A stretch of 64,000 nt of DNA from a virus. The notes under the pieces were generated by a model that saw only the letters and a program-made list of their open reading frames with translations, was not told the DNA's origin and made no database searches. The first letter of the stretch is position 1. Every line of letters begins with the position of its first letter. Below, piece by piece: positions 26,636 to 36,478 of this stretch. Location: IMG/VR virus record IMGVR_UViG_3300014050_000003, positions 57,059-121,058 of that record, one strand, 5' to 3'. Made by a program: the position numbers and the translations under genes.

Positions 26636-29207
26636 TTTTCTAGAAGACAAACAGTTTTCCTCAAAGTTTGATAATGTGGATTTAGGTCTGCATGGAGTTA
26701 GATTGCCAGAATTTTTAATTGATTCAGCAGCAAAAAGACATTTAAATATAAGTGAAGACTCTTCAAATTACGACTTTTTAAGGGCTTTATCTTTAAATGG
26801 ATTTAAAAATTTAAAGATAGATAAAAATTCTCCAGAATATAAAAAATATGTAGATCGAGCTAAATATGAATTGGATACATTAAAAGAACTGGGTTTTATT
26901 GATTATATTTTATTGGTTTGGGACGTTATTAATTTTTGTAAAACAAATAATATTCCAGTTGGTCTTGGTAGAGGCTCTGCGGCTGGATCTCTTATTCTTT
27001 ATCTTGTAGGAGTAACTAGAATTGATCCAGTTAAATATGATCTTTATTTTGAAAGATTTATATCTAAGATTCGCGCTAAAAAGCAAGTTATTGATGGAAT
27101 AACATATTTGGATGGCAGTTTAATGTGTGATGTTGATTTGGATATTTGTTATTATAATCGTCATAAAGTTCTAGAATATCTTGAAGGGAAATTTAAAGGT
27201 AAAACGAGTAAAATTTTAACTCTTAATACTCTTAGTGGAAAATTACTTATTAAAGAATGCGGTAAAATCATAAGTGAAAAAACAGAAGAAGAAATGACTA
27301 ATACTTCTTCACTTATACCTAAATTGTACGGACAAGTAAAAGATATCACTAGCGCATATGAGGAAGTTCCCAAATTTAAAGAATGGTGTGACGAAAATAA
27401 AGAAGTTTATGAAATAGCTTTGAAACTAAGAGATCTTATTAAAAATAAAGGCGTTCATCCTTCTGGAGTTTTATTATCATACCATGATTTAGATAAAGTT
27501 TGTCCAACTGAGTTTTCAAGTGATAAAGAAGCAGTTTCAAGTTTTGATATGAATTGGGTTAGTTTATTTAATATTAAACTTGATATTTTAGGTTTAAGAA
27601 GCGTATCCGTAGTACATGACGTATGCAAAAGCATTGGTATTAATATTGAAGATATTGATTTAAATCATGAATCTATTTATAGAACTTTACAAGATTTGAA
27701 GTCTCCGCACGGATTATTTCAAATTGAAGCAGATACTAATTTTAGAGTTTGTCAAAAAGTTAAGCCTAAGAATTTAGAAGAGCTGAGTGGAGTTTTGGCG
27801 CTAGCCCGACCTGGGGCTTTGCAGTTTGTTGATAAATATGCAGCTCATACTAATTTCCAACAGTCCGAAAGTATCCATCCATTATTTGATGATATTTTAA
27901 AAGAAACTGGTGGAGTAGCGTTATATCAAGAGCAATTAATGAAAATGGCTCATAAAATTGGGTTTACTCTAGATGAAGCAGAAATTTTGAGAAGAATTGT
28001 GGGTAAAAAGAAAACTGAAGAGATCAAAACTTGGAAAAAGAAAATTGAATCTAAAATAAAAGAAAATAAACTTCCAAAAGAAGTAGGAGAAATTTTATGG
28101 AAGATTCTAGAAGACTCGGCTAATTATTCATTCAATAAATCACATTCAATTGCTTATGCTGCTTTGGCCGCTATTACAGTTTATTTAAAATTCAATCATC
28201 CTCAACAATTCTTTTTGTCTTTGCTGAAGATGACAAGAAATGAACCAGATCCAATTGGAGAAATATCTAAGATTCAAAAGGAGATGGGACACTTTAATAT
28301 TAAATTATTAAAACCTCATATCATTAAATCTGAAATGGATTTCTCTCTAGAAGGAGATGATATTAGATTCGGATTGCTTTCTGTAAAAGGTATTTCGGAT
28401 AAATCTATTGAAAAACTAAATAGCTTTAGAAATAAATATTCTAATAAATTTGAAATATTTCAAGCCGCAGAAGAAGCGGATTTAAATATTGGAGTATTAT
28501 GTTCATTAATTCAAGCTGGAGCGTTAACTGGATTTAAACAAAGCAGAAGCAAGATTGTCTTAGAAGCTCAATTATGGAACATCTTAACTGCAAAAGAAAA
28601 GAAATATGTAATATCTTTTGCTGAAAAATTTGATTTTGATTTAATACGAATTATCAAACATCTTAATAAATTCACAGATGAAAAGAATAAAGTTATTATA
28701 AAGTCCACTAGATTAGAAACAATTAAAAAGAAATATGAACCATACTTAAAAATATATAATCAAAATAATAAAAGTGAAAGTTTTGCTAATTGGTATTATG
28801 AGAAAAAGCTTTTGGGTTATAGTTATGAAAGAACATTAAAAGATATCTTTTCAGAAAAAAGAGAAGATTTAGAATATATTAATACTATTCAAGATTTATC
28901 ACTTAATCAAAAAGCTGTATTAATTGGCCAAGTAGAGGAAACCTATTCTGGAACATCTAAAAATGAAAAGAAAACTAAATATTTTAGGCTAAAGGTGGCG
29001 GATGAAACTGGATTAGCTACAGTGCTTTTATTTAATGATAAAATTGAAAATTGTAAAAATCTTAATGGTGGTAAAAATCCAGAAGAAGGAAATATTGTAA
29101 TAGTTAAAGGCATTAAAAAAGAAGATTGTATATTTGCTGATTTAGTAGCTATTCAAGACCATGAAATATATATGAAATTAAGTGAAATAAAAAAGGTTGA
29201 CATTTAA
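26628..29207 (+). CDS. dnaE: DNA polymerase III alpha catalytic part, lacking the PHP domain
   Basis: GFIDYIL, GLGRGSAAGSL, FERF, DVDLD, GVHPSGV, KLDILGL, GLFQ, ALARPG, YQEQ, YSFNKSH, IRFGL, C-terminal OB fold; probable start ATG 26628. Confidence 0.93.
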   Translation: MINFLEDKQFSSKFDNVDLGLHGVRLPEFLIDSAAKRHLNISEDSSNYDFLRALSLNGFKNLKIDKNSPEYKKYVDRAKYELDTLKELGFIDYILLVWDVINFCKTNNIPVGLGRGSAAGSLILYLVGVTRIDPVKYDLYFERFISKIRAKKQVIDGITYLDGSLMCDVDLDICYYNRHKVLEYLEGKFKGKTSKILTLNTLSGKLLIKECGKIISEKTEEEMTNTSSLIPKLYGQVKDITSAYEEVPKFKEWCDENKEVYEIALKLRDLIKNKGVHPSGVLLSYHDLDKVCPTEFSSDKEAVSSFDMNWVSLFNIKLDILGLRSVSVVHDVCKSIGINIEDIDLNHESIYRTLQDLKSPHGLFQIEADTNFRVCQKVKPKNLEELSGVLALARPGALQFVDKYAAHTNFQQSESIHPLFDDILKETGGVALYQEQLMKMAHKIGFTLDEAEILRRIVGKKKTEEIKTWKKKIESKIKENKLPKEVGEILWKILEDSANYSFNKSHSIAYAALAAITVYLKFNHPQQFFLSLLKMTRNEPDPIGEISKIQKEMGHFNIKLLKPHIIKSEMDFSLEGDDIRFGLLSVKGISDKSIEKLNSFRNKYSNKFEIFQAAEEADLNIGVLCSLIQAGALTGFKQSRSKIVLEAQLWNILTAKEKKYVISFAEKFDFDLIRIIKHLNKFTDEKNKVIIKSTRLETIKKKYEPYLKIYNQNNKSESFANWYYEKKLLGYSYERTLKDIFSEKREDLEYINTIQDLSLNQKAVLIGQVEETYSGTSKNEKKTKYFRLKVADETGLATVLLFNDKIENCKNLNGGKNPEEGNIVIVKGIKKEDCIFADLVAIQDHEIYMKLSEIKKVDI

Positions 29208-29225
29208 TTAAATATAATATATCAT
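29197..29225 (+). promoter_or_regulatory. sigma70-type promoter, leaderless
   Basis: TTGACA-N17-TATCAT; ATG 29233 is 7 nt after the -10 box. Confidence 0.7.
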
Positions 29226-29232
29226 TCATAAT

Positions 29233-29775
29233 ATGATTACATATTATAAACCAAACAGTAAAAATACAGGTACAGCTTGTAGCTTCTCGGTAAATGCAAA
29301 AGATAGCTCGATTTGGAGTTCATTAATTAAACAAAGTTCTTGGAATGAGTCAAAGAAGATAGGCTCATTTTCAGACAACCAAAATAATCCTAATAAAAGC
29401 GTAAAAATTAAATTTTCATTAACAGAAGCGGCTGGAATTCTAGACGCAATTGAAAGAAATGCAGAGTTTTCAGCTTATCATACCTCAGAAAAACAAACTA
29501 CCCAAATTAAATTCGCTCCCTATATTAGAGATGAAAAGCAAGTAGGATTTTCATATATGGTATCAAAATCAGATAAGCAAAATAGCGAAAATAAGCAATC
29601 TTATCTAATTGGACTATATTTTAGTGAAGCAAGACTATTAAAACAATTCTTAGGTTATGCCTTAGATTCGGTTTTTGAATCTCAAAGAATTGAAATGATT
29701 AAAAAATTAAAAAATAATCCTAAAGAAACCAAAGAAAAAGAAACAACTACAGAAGAAGACAGCGAACTTTGGTAG
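29233..29775 (+). CDS. Putative single-stranded DNA-binding protein
   Basis: Follows dnaE; beta-rich core; acidic tail ending in an aromatic residue (TTTEEDSELW), typical of SSB tails. Fold not confirmed. Confidence 0.45.
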   Translation: MITYYKPNSKNTGTACSFSVNAKDSSIWSSLIKQSSWNESKKIGSFSDNQNNPNKSVKIKFSLTEAAGILDAIERNAEFSAYHTSEKQTTQIKFAPYIRDEKQVGFSYMVSKSDKQNSENKQSYLIGLYFSEARLLKQFLGYALDSVFESQRIEMIKKLKNNPKETKEKETTTEEDSELW

Positions 29776-29779
29776 TTGA

Positions 29780-31690
29780 ATGAAGAAAAAAAAGATATTG
29801 TATCAATCTGATTTTGCTTTAGCGAAAACTGGATTCGCTAAAATTGCTAAAAATTTACTAACATATTTATATAATACTGGTAAATATGATATTGTACAAT
29901 ATTGTTGTGGATTACAATATTCTAATCCAGAGCTCAAAAGAACTCCCTGGAAATGCATAGGAACTCTGCCAGATAATCAACAAGAAATACAAGAATTAAA
30001 TAAAGATCCTAATAACGCTAGATCTGCCAGTTATGGCGCTTATCTCTTAGATAGAGTTATTAATGAAGAAAAACCAGATGTATATATTGCAGCGCAAGAT
30101 ATTTGGGGAATAGATTTTGCAATAGAAAAGAAATGGTTTGATAAAATTGGATCAGTTTTATGGACCACATTAGATTCTTTACCTATTTTACCTACGGCGC
30201 TTCAAAAGGCTCCTAGAATTAAAAATTATTGGATTTGGAGTGATTTTGCCACAAAAGAATTACATAGATTAGGACATCCTCATGTAAAAACTGTTCACGG
30301 TCCTCTTGATACAACTAACTTTTTTAAACTTGATGACTTTAAAAGAAAAGAACTTAGAAAAAAATTTAATATAGAAGAAGACGCATTTATAATTGGGTTC
30401 GTATTCAGAAATCAATTAAGGAAAAGCGTTCCAAATTTATTAGAAGGTTACGCTTTATGGAAAAAAGAAAATCCGCAAGTTAAAAGTTATTTACTTTTAC
30501 ATACTCATTGGGGCGAAGGATGGAATATACATAAATTAGCAGACGAATATGGGATAGATAAAAGAGAAATTTTAACAACATATATTTGCAAAAATTGTTT
30601 GCAATATGAAATAAAACCTTTTTATGGACATGATTTAAATTGTAGATTTTGTGGTTCTGAAAAATCTCAGATAACTTCAAATGTATCAATTGGGGTCGAT
30701 GAAAATCAACTTAATGAAATATATAATTTAATGGACGTATATTGTCATCCTTTTACTAGCGGTGGACAAGAAATTCCTATTCAAGAAGCTAAACTTGCAG
30801 AATTAATTACATTAGTAACAAATTATAGTTGTGGAGAAGATATGTGCGTAGATGGAGCCGCAACTCTTCCATTAGAATGGTTTGAATATAGAGAACATGG
30901 AACAGAATTTAAAAAAGCTTCAACAAATCCAAAATCAATTGCAGAAAATTTAAATAAAGTTTTCAAAATGAGCTCACAAGAAAAAATTGACTTTGGCAAA
31001 CAAGCAAGAGAATGGACTATCAAAAATTACTCTATAGAAAACATAGGTAAAATTTTTGAATCATTTATAGATAATACTCCAGAGGCTAATTTTAATTCAA
31101 TAGAAAACGAAGAACTTAGAGATCCATTTTGTCAAATACCAATTATAGAAGATAATGCTGAATGGTTGATTTTTATGTATCATAATATTTTAAAAATGAA
31201 AAATGTTGATCGAAATGATAGTGGACATCAATACTGGATGCAAGAGTTAGAAAAAGGAATGAAAAGAGAAGATATAGAAAACTATTTTAGACAAGTTGCT
31301 ATCAAAGAAAACCAACAAATGAAAAAAGTAGATTTTCAAGATATTTTAGACAAAGACGATGAAGGTAAAAGAATGATTTATGTAATTCCAGAGTCAGCAG
31401 AAGATGTATTTTTATCTACAAGCCTTTTCAAGAATATTAAAAAACAATATCCAGATTATAAATTATACGTTGCAACAAAAGAAGAGTATTTTTCTATATT
31501 AAAAGGTAATAAATATGTTGATAAAATCATTCAATATTTTCCTCAAATGGATCAATTATTTTGGCTAGAAGGGATTGGCGATCATAAAGGGTTTTTTGAA
31601 ATAGCATTTTTACCTTATTTAGGTACGCAAAGAATGATAGATTATACTCATAATGGTAAAACAAAAATAGAATTTGCTTTAAATAATTAA
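29780..31690 (+). CDS. Multidomain GT-B (GT4-like) glycosyltransferase with an inserted Zn-ribbon
   Basis: TGFAKIA, RNQLRK, LNEIYNLMDVYCHPFTSGGQEIPIQEA, CKNC...CRFC insert, C-terminal GT9-like DVFLST...IKKQYP segment. Confidence 0.8.
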   Translation: MKKKKILYQSDFALAKTGFAKIAKNLLTYLYNTGKYDIVQYCCGLQYSNPELKRTPWKCIGTLPDNQQEIQELNKDPNNARSASYGAYLLDRVINEEKPDVYIAAQDIWGIDFAIEKKWFDKIGSVLWTTLDSLPILPTALQKAPRIKNYWIWSDFATKELHRLGHPHVKTVHGPLDTTNFFKLDDFKRKELRKKFNIEEDAFIIGFVFRNQLRKSVPNLLEGYALWKKENPQVKSYLLLHTHWGEGWNIHKLADEYGIDKREILTTYICKNCLQYEIKPFYGHDLNCRFCGSEKSQITSNVSIGVDENQLNEIYNLMDVYCHPFTSGGQEIPIQEAKLAELITLVTNYSCGEDMCVDGAATLPLEWFEYREHGTEFKKASTNPKSIAENLNKVFKMSSQEKIDFGKQAREWTIKNYSIENIGKIFESFIDNTPEANFNSIENEELRDPFCQIPIIEDNAEWLIFMYHNILKMKNVDRNDSGHQYWMQELEKGMKREDIENYFRQVAIKENQQMKKVDFQDILDKDDEGKRMIYVIPESAEDVFLSTSLFKNIKKQYPDYKLYVATKEEYFSILKGNKYVDKIIQYFPQMDQLFWLEGIGDHKGFFEIAFLPYLGTQRMIDYTHNGKTKIEFALNN

Positions 31691-31701
31691 TAATATTCAT
31701 T

Positions 31702-32856
31702 ATGCATCTAGTAGAAAAATATGCCACTTCGTGCGGAATTAAAATAAATAAGCCAGAAATTTATCAAAAATATTCACCAATTCCTTATGATAAATATATC
31801 ATTTTTTACCCTCAAAATATAAAAAGTGGAGCAGAATATGATCATTGGCAAATAGTTATTAATGCTATTTTTCAATTCTTAGCTCCAGAAAATATCTATA
31901 TAATTCAAATTGGTAATAAAGATTCTAGAAAATATACTAATTGCGCTTTTATAGATGAAGCTTCAATTGATTTTCAAAATTTAGGTTATATTATTAAAAA
32001 TGCAGAACTAGTTTTAGGTGTTGATGGAATTAATAATCATATAGCTTCTTCTTTCAATAAAAAAATAGTAGCTCTTTATTATAATATTAATTTAGAAAAT
32101 GTAAAACCATATTGGGGAGATAAATCTAATCAAAGATTATTGTATCCTAAAATTTCTACAAAACCATTTTATGGCGCGAATAAAACTCATAAATCTATTA
32201 ATTCTATAAATCCAGAAGAAGTAGGTAGAAGCGTTTTAGATTTATTGAATATAAAATATCCTCAAATGATTAATACTCTTTTTATTGGTAATAATTTTAA
32301 TAATAGAACATTAGATGTTATTCCAGACGGCCCAATTAATATCGAGGTTTTAAATACTCCCAACTTAATAGTAAGAATGGACCTGCATTTTGATGAAGCT
32401 GTATTGAATAACCTTTTATCTCATAAAAAATGTATAATAATAACTAAAAAATCAATAAATTCAGAATTAATAATTAATCATAAGAAAAATATATTGCAAA
32501 TAGTATACATATTAGATCAAGATAATGATCCAAATTTTATTAAATTTATCAAAAATAATAATATTCAATATACCTTATTATCAGAAGAAACAGAAGAAAT
32601 TATTAATACTTTTAAATTCAAATATATGGATTATGGTTTAATTTTTAAAAAGAATAAAAATGAAAAAAGTTTTGAGCTTCCCAAGAATAAGCAAATCTTT
32701 TTTAGATGTGCTAAAATATATTTTTCATCAAAAGGCGCTTTTAATGGAAAATACGCATGGTTAAATAATTTGCAAAATTCGCAAGAAGTAACTGATAATG
32801 AATTATTTTGGGAAGATCTTCAAGATTTGCATATTTTCACTATTGACAATTTTTAA
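31702..32856 (+). CDS. GT9 (heptosyltransferase)-like GT-B protein
   Basis: HLVEKY, YDHWQIV, IIQIG, YIIKNAELVLGVDG..NHIA. Confidence 0.65.
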   Translation: MHLVEKYATSCGIKINKPEIYQKYSPIPYDKYIIFYPQNIKSGAEYDHWQIVINAIFQFLAPENIYIIQIGNKDSRKYTNCAFIDEASIDFQNLGYIIKNAELVLGVDGINNHIASSFNKKIVALYYNINLENVKPYWGDKSNQRLLYPKISTKPFYGANKTHKSINSINPEEVGRSVLDLLNIKYPQMINTLFIGNNFNNRTLDVIPDGPINIEVLNTPNLIVRMDLHFDEAVLNNLLSHKKCIIITKKSINSELIINHKKNILQIVYILDQDNDPNFIKFIKNNNIQYTLLSEETEEIINTFKFKYMDYGLIFKKNKNEKSFELPKNKQIFFRCAKIYFSSKGAFNGKYAWLNNLQNSQEVTDNELFWEDLQDLHIFTIDNF

Positions 32857-32871
32857 TATAAGTGATATACT
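32843..32871 (+). promoter_or_regulatory. sigma70-type promoter (extended -10), leaderless
   Basis: TTGACA-N17-TATACT with TGn; ATG 32878 is 6 nt after the -10 box. Confidence 0.75.
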
Positions 32872-32877
32872 CATAAG

Positions 32878-33675
32878 ATGAGTCCAAAAATTAAAGATAA
32901 TCAACAAACAATCTCTATCGGTAGTCAAGAACTTGAAAATATTAATATTGCATTAGATTTAAATGCTCCAAAAGTAGTTCCACCAAATATTATCACAAGA
33001 AATAAATATGGTCTTATTGATGATACAAATTTAAATTATATTTTTAATGATGATGGTACAATAAATTGGCGTAAGATGGTTAAAATCGAACATCTTGTGC
33101 CTAATAGACAAAAAACTCAAGAGACAGATGTATCAAAACTTCAAGATAAAGATCTTCTTATCCTTTTAGGAGGAATTAAAGAATTGGCTCAAATTCGTGG
33201 TTATACAAAAGTAGAATATAATGTAGTTTCTGCAACAGAAAATTATTTTGCAACAAGTTGTCGTATAACTTGGATTCCAAATTATGAAACAGATGGCAGG
33301 GAAATTATATTTGAAGCTCTTGCAGATGCTACATCTAATAATACAAAATCTTTTGCTAGGTTTTTCTTAGCTGCAATTGCAGAAAATAGAGCTTTTGTTC
33401 GTTGTGTGCGTAATTTTCTTAAAATTAATATTGTATCCCAAGAAGAATTAGGAGATGCTAAATTACTTGATGAAGCGTCAACTATTCAAGATAATCCCAC
33501 TTCTCCACATGTTCTTTTAGAAAAAGTTATGAAAGATAGAGGTGTAACTTTTGAAAATTTAAAAAATAAATTAATAAAAGAAAAATTTGATAATGCTGAA
33601 AATTTAAATACTATAAATGATATTCCAAAAGTAAAAATCTTTGAACTTATAGATAGAATTAAAAAAGCTAAATAA
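32878..33675 (+). CDS. Putative single-strand annealing protein (Rad52/Sak-like)
   Basis: GGIKELA, ALADA...N, AIAENRAFVRCVRNFLKI...EEL resemble the AETRAxxRAxR helix of annealases. Confidence 0.5.
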   Translation: MSPKIKDNQQTISIGSQELENINIALDLNAPKVVPPNIITRNKYGLIDDTNLNYIFNDDGTINWRKMVKIEHLVPNRQKTQETDVSKLQDKDLLILLGGIKELAQIRGYTKVEYNVVSATENYFATSCRITWIPNYETDGREIIFEALADATSNNTKSFARFFLAAIAENRAFVRCVRNFLKINIVSQEELGDAKLLDEASTIQDNPTSPHVLLEKVMKDRGVTFENLKNKLIKEKFDNAENLNTINDIPKVKIFELIDRIKKAK

Positions 33676-35067
33676 TTAAGGAACTACTAGACCTGGCCCA
33701 GATCCATATACTGGATTATTGGTAGTATCATTCTTATTATAAGGATTTAAAAATCCAGTTAAACCAACAACAGAAATTCTTTGAGCATTTGGTGCGTAAG
33801 TAATATCGCCAAATCCAATATATTTTGAAATTCCCTCAAGATAACCAATCGATCCACCCCCTCCACCCGCTCCTCCACTACCACCCCCTTTTGATGCATC
33901 TTCACCTTTATCGCCACCGCCTCCGCCTCCTCCTCTGCCTCCCCCTTGTCCTGGACTTCCTGGAATATTAACATATGGTCCTGGATCCAAGGGTCCTTTT
34001 TGTCCAGCTGATCCACCCCTAGCATCAGAATATGGTCGAGTTTCACCCTTAACTCCTCCATTTCCTGGAGCTAAGCCTGGATTAGGCGCAGGACCTCTAG
34101 GACCTTGGCTTCCTCCTATAGAAATTCCTCCAAATCCATCAGATCCTTTGTCAGAAAACCCCCCCTGTCCGTTGCCTCCATCAATTCCTTTAACAGTTTG
34201 GCCTTCTATACCATTAAATCCAATTATTGTAGATGGACTTCCACTTGATCCACCGCCACCATCAGATCCTCTTTCACTAATACCATCTCCATTTGACCCA
34301 TCCACGCCTTTTAATGTTATTCCATCAATTCCATTAGTTCCCCCGTCTCCTTTAAGAAGAGCCCCATCTGGTCCTGATGGCCCATCACCAATATACATAG
34401 GACCATCAATACCTATGTTTCCAGCTGATCCAAAAGCTGTTGGTCCTCCTATGCCTATTGAACCTCCACCTCCGCCTCCTCCTCCACCACCTGCTCCACC
34501 TTCACCCCCACCCCCACCTTCAAATCCAATTTCTCCTTGACCACAACATTTTAAAATGATTTCTTTTGTTGATAATATTTTTATACAAGTTTGTTCTGTT
34601 TCATTTGGATTAAATTTTATGCATCTAAATTTAGCTTCTTTTTCATTTGGTATATCTGATGTATCTATAGATATATTTTTTGTACGAGAATTTAAAAAGT
34701 TTATATTACTTTTATTTGTATCAATATACAAATTTATTTCATTAAATACTTTTTTATCAGTATTTAATAAATCACCAATTTTAAAATTTCCAGATTGATT
34801 AGAAGTATTTAAATTAATAGAAAATTGATGTTCTTTACTGCTTGTTTTTTGAAGAAAATAATTATTTTCATAATCAGTAAATATTTTTGTATTAAAATAT
34901 CCATCTATTCCAGTTTGTATTGGAAAACTAGAATTAAAATTTATTTGTTTTACTGAGCATCCATCTATTGTTTTATTTATATATAAAGCATTTAATTCAG
35001 AACCACTTACATACTTATCCCAACATACATTTCCAAGATCTTGAATTTGCTTTAAAACATTTGGCAT
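33676..35067 (-). CDS. Glycine-rich virion fibre-like protein
   Basis: Poly-Gly and GxDG repeats; N-terminal ~170 aa paralogous to the neighbouring collagen gene. Confidence 0.7.
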   Translation of the reverse strand: MPNVLKQIQDLGNVCWDKYVSGSELNALYINKTIDGCSVKQINFNSSFPIQTGIDGYFNTKIFTDYENNYFLQKTSSKEHQFSINLNTSNQSGNFKIGDLLNTDKKVFNEINLYIDTNKSNINFLNSRTKNISIDTSDIPNEKEAKFRCIKFNPNETEQTCIKILSTKEIILKCCGQGEIGFEGGGGGEGGAGGGGGGGGGGSIGIGGPTAFGSAGNIGIDGPMYIGDGPSGPDGALLKGDGGTNGIDGITLKGVDGSNGDGISERGSDGGGGSSGSPSTIIGFNGIEGQTVKGIDGGNGQGGFSDKGSDGFGGISIGGSQGPRGPAPNPGLAPGNGGVKGETRPYSDARGGSAGQKGPLDPGPYVNIPGSPGQGGGRGGGGGGGDKGEDASKGGGSGGAGGGGGSIGYLEGISKYIGFGDITYAPNAQRISVVGLTGFLNPYNKNDTTNNPVYGSGPGLVVP

Positions 35068-36462
35068 TTATTGTACTCCTTGTACTCCTGCAAATATATA
35101 AATATATCTCATTTGTCCTCCTATGCAAACATACATTCTTCTAGGTCTAAATAAAATTCCTCCATAAGTAAAACTACCCCCAATTATATATCCAGTTGCT
35201 CCAGTCGCTCCAGTAGATCCAGTGGCTCCAGCTCCAGTTGCACCAGTAGATCCAGTTGCACCAGTAGCGCCTTTTGGCCCAGTTGCTCCAGTCGCTCCAG
35301 TTGCGCCAGTACTCCCTTGTATAGTTAGCGTATCTCCTTTCGCTCCAGTCGCTCCAGTAGCTCCAGTTGCACCAGTAGATCCAGTCGCACCAGTAGAACC
35401 AGTAGAACCTATTATTAAAGGTCCCATTGGCCCAGTTAATCCAGTTGCACCAGTAGATCCAGTTGCACCAGTAGATCCAGTCGCACCAGTAGATCCAGTT
35501 GAACCCGTAGCTCCTCTTGATCCAGTCGCTCCAGTTGCACCAGTAGATCCAGTTGAACCCGTAGCTCCTCTTGATCCAGTCGCTCCAGTTGCACCAGTAG
35601 ATCCAGTTGAACCCGTAGCTCCTCTTGATCCAGTCGCTCCAGTTGCACCAGTAGATCCAGTGGCTCCTTTTGATCCAGTAGCTCCAGTTGCACCAGTAGC
35701 TCCAGTTGCACCAGTAGATCCAGTTGATCCAGTTGAACCCGTAGCGCCTTTTGGTCCAGTTGCACCAGTAGATCCAGTAGCTCCAGTTGCACCAGTAGCT
35801 CCACTTGATCCAGTTGCGCCAGTTGAGCCAGTAGCTCCAGATCCAGTTGCTCCAGTCGCTCCGACTGGACCTGTAGCGCCAGTAGCTCCAATTGCTCCAG
35901 TAGCTCCCCTTGGTCCAGTTGCACCAGTGGCACCAAAACAATCAGAATTTGCTGGTGCTCCTACCGCTTCAAATAAACTACTTATTTCAGCGCTTACTGG
36001 ATTAAAATTATTATTAGCATTTCCAACAGTAAATGGTTTTGTGCACATTACATAAGGTGGATCTGAAGTACCATCATTAATTTCTCTAAATTTTGCTTCA
36101 TTTTCAGCAGAACTTAAATCATTTGTATTTATTGAAATTGTTTTAGTATTTTTATTTATTAAAATATAAGACCCATTTTGTTCTGTTAATATTTGAATTC
36201 CTTGGTCATTTGAATTTAAAAGTTCAAAGTATGATGCTTGTGCGTCTGTTCCTAGTCCTGCAGTATAATTTGATGTATTTAATGATGCAAAATTTGTACC
36301 TGAATCTGTGTATAATTGTATACTATTGGGACTATTTTTATATTGTAATTCCAATAAATTCACTGGGCATGTAGTTGTTCCTAAATTTAAAACATTTCCA
36401 TTTTGTTGGTAATTCGCCCAACATTCATTACTAAGATCTTGGATAAATTTTATTATAGCCAT
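35068..36462 (-). CDS. Collagen-like (Gly-X-Thr) fibre protein
   Basis: About 250 aa of (G-A/S-T)n triplets between globular ends. Confidence 0.88.
   Translation of the reverse strand: MAIIKFIQDLSNECWANYQQNGNVLNLGTTTCPVNLLELQYKNSPNSIQLYTDSGTNFASLNTSNYTAGLGTDAQASYFELLNSNDQGIQILTEQNGSYILINKNTKTISINTNDLSSAENEAKFREINDGTSDPPYVMCTKPFTVGNANNNFNPVSAEISSLFEAVGAPANSDCFGATGATGPRGATGAIGATGATGPVGATGATGSGATGSTGATGSSGATGATGATGSTGATGPKGATGSTGSTGSTGATGATGATGATGSKGATGSTGATGATGSRGATGSTGSTGATGATGSRGATGSTGSTGATGATGSRGATGSTGSTGATGSTGATGSTGATGLTGPMGPLIIGSTGSTGATGSTGATGATGATGAKGDTLTIQGSTGATGATGATGPKGATGATGSTGATGAGATGSTGATGATGYIIGGSFTYGGILFRPRRMYVCIGGQMRYIYIFAGVQGVQ
35483..35661. repeat. Perfect 54-bp tandem repeat (about 3.3 copies) inside the collagen gene
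   Basis: Unit gcaccagtagatccagttgaacccgtagctcctcttgatccagtcgctccagtt at 35483, 35537 and 35591, partial at 35645. Confidence 0.9.
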
Positions 36463-36478
36463 AATTTTCTATTAAATT

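Noticed and set aside
18632-29207. Inteins in RecA, DnaB or DnaE, including a split intein joining PHP and DnaE
   Set aside because: Protein lengths are normal, and no intein N-terminal or HN-C/S/T junction motifs are visible.
12468-31727. Short antisense or overlapping ORFs inside recognised enzyme genes (e.g. 12468, 12616, 19066-19533, 21910, 23844, 27161, 30480, 30823, 31527)
   Set aside because: Nested in well-supported genes, with no motifs or expression signals.
34148-34540. Poly-Pro ORF on the + strand
   Set aside because: Antisense shadow of the poly-Gly gene.
35483-35661. CRISPR-like array
   Set aside because: Contiguous coding tandem repeats with no unique spacers. The Cas4-like nuclease at 23538 sits in a replication context with no cas genes.
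35174-36055. Alternative-frame and antisense ORFs over the collagen repeat (WCNW-, PVAPV- and LVQL-rich)
   Set aside because: Shadows of the 9-nt periodic Gly-X-Thr repeat, which lacks stops in several frames.
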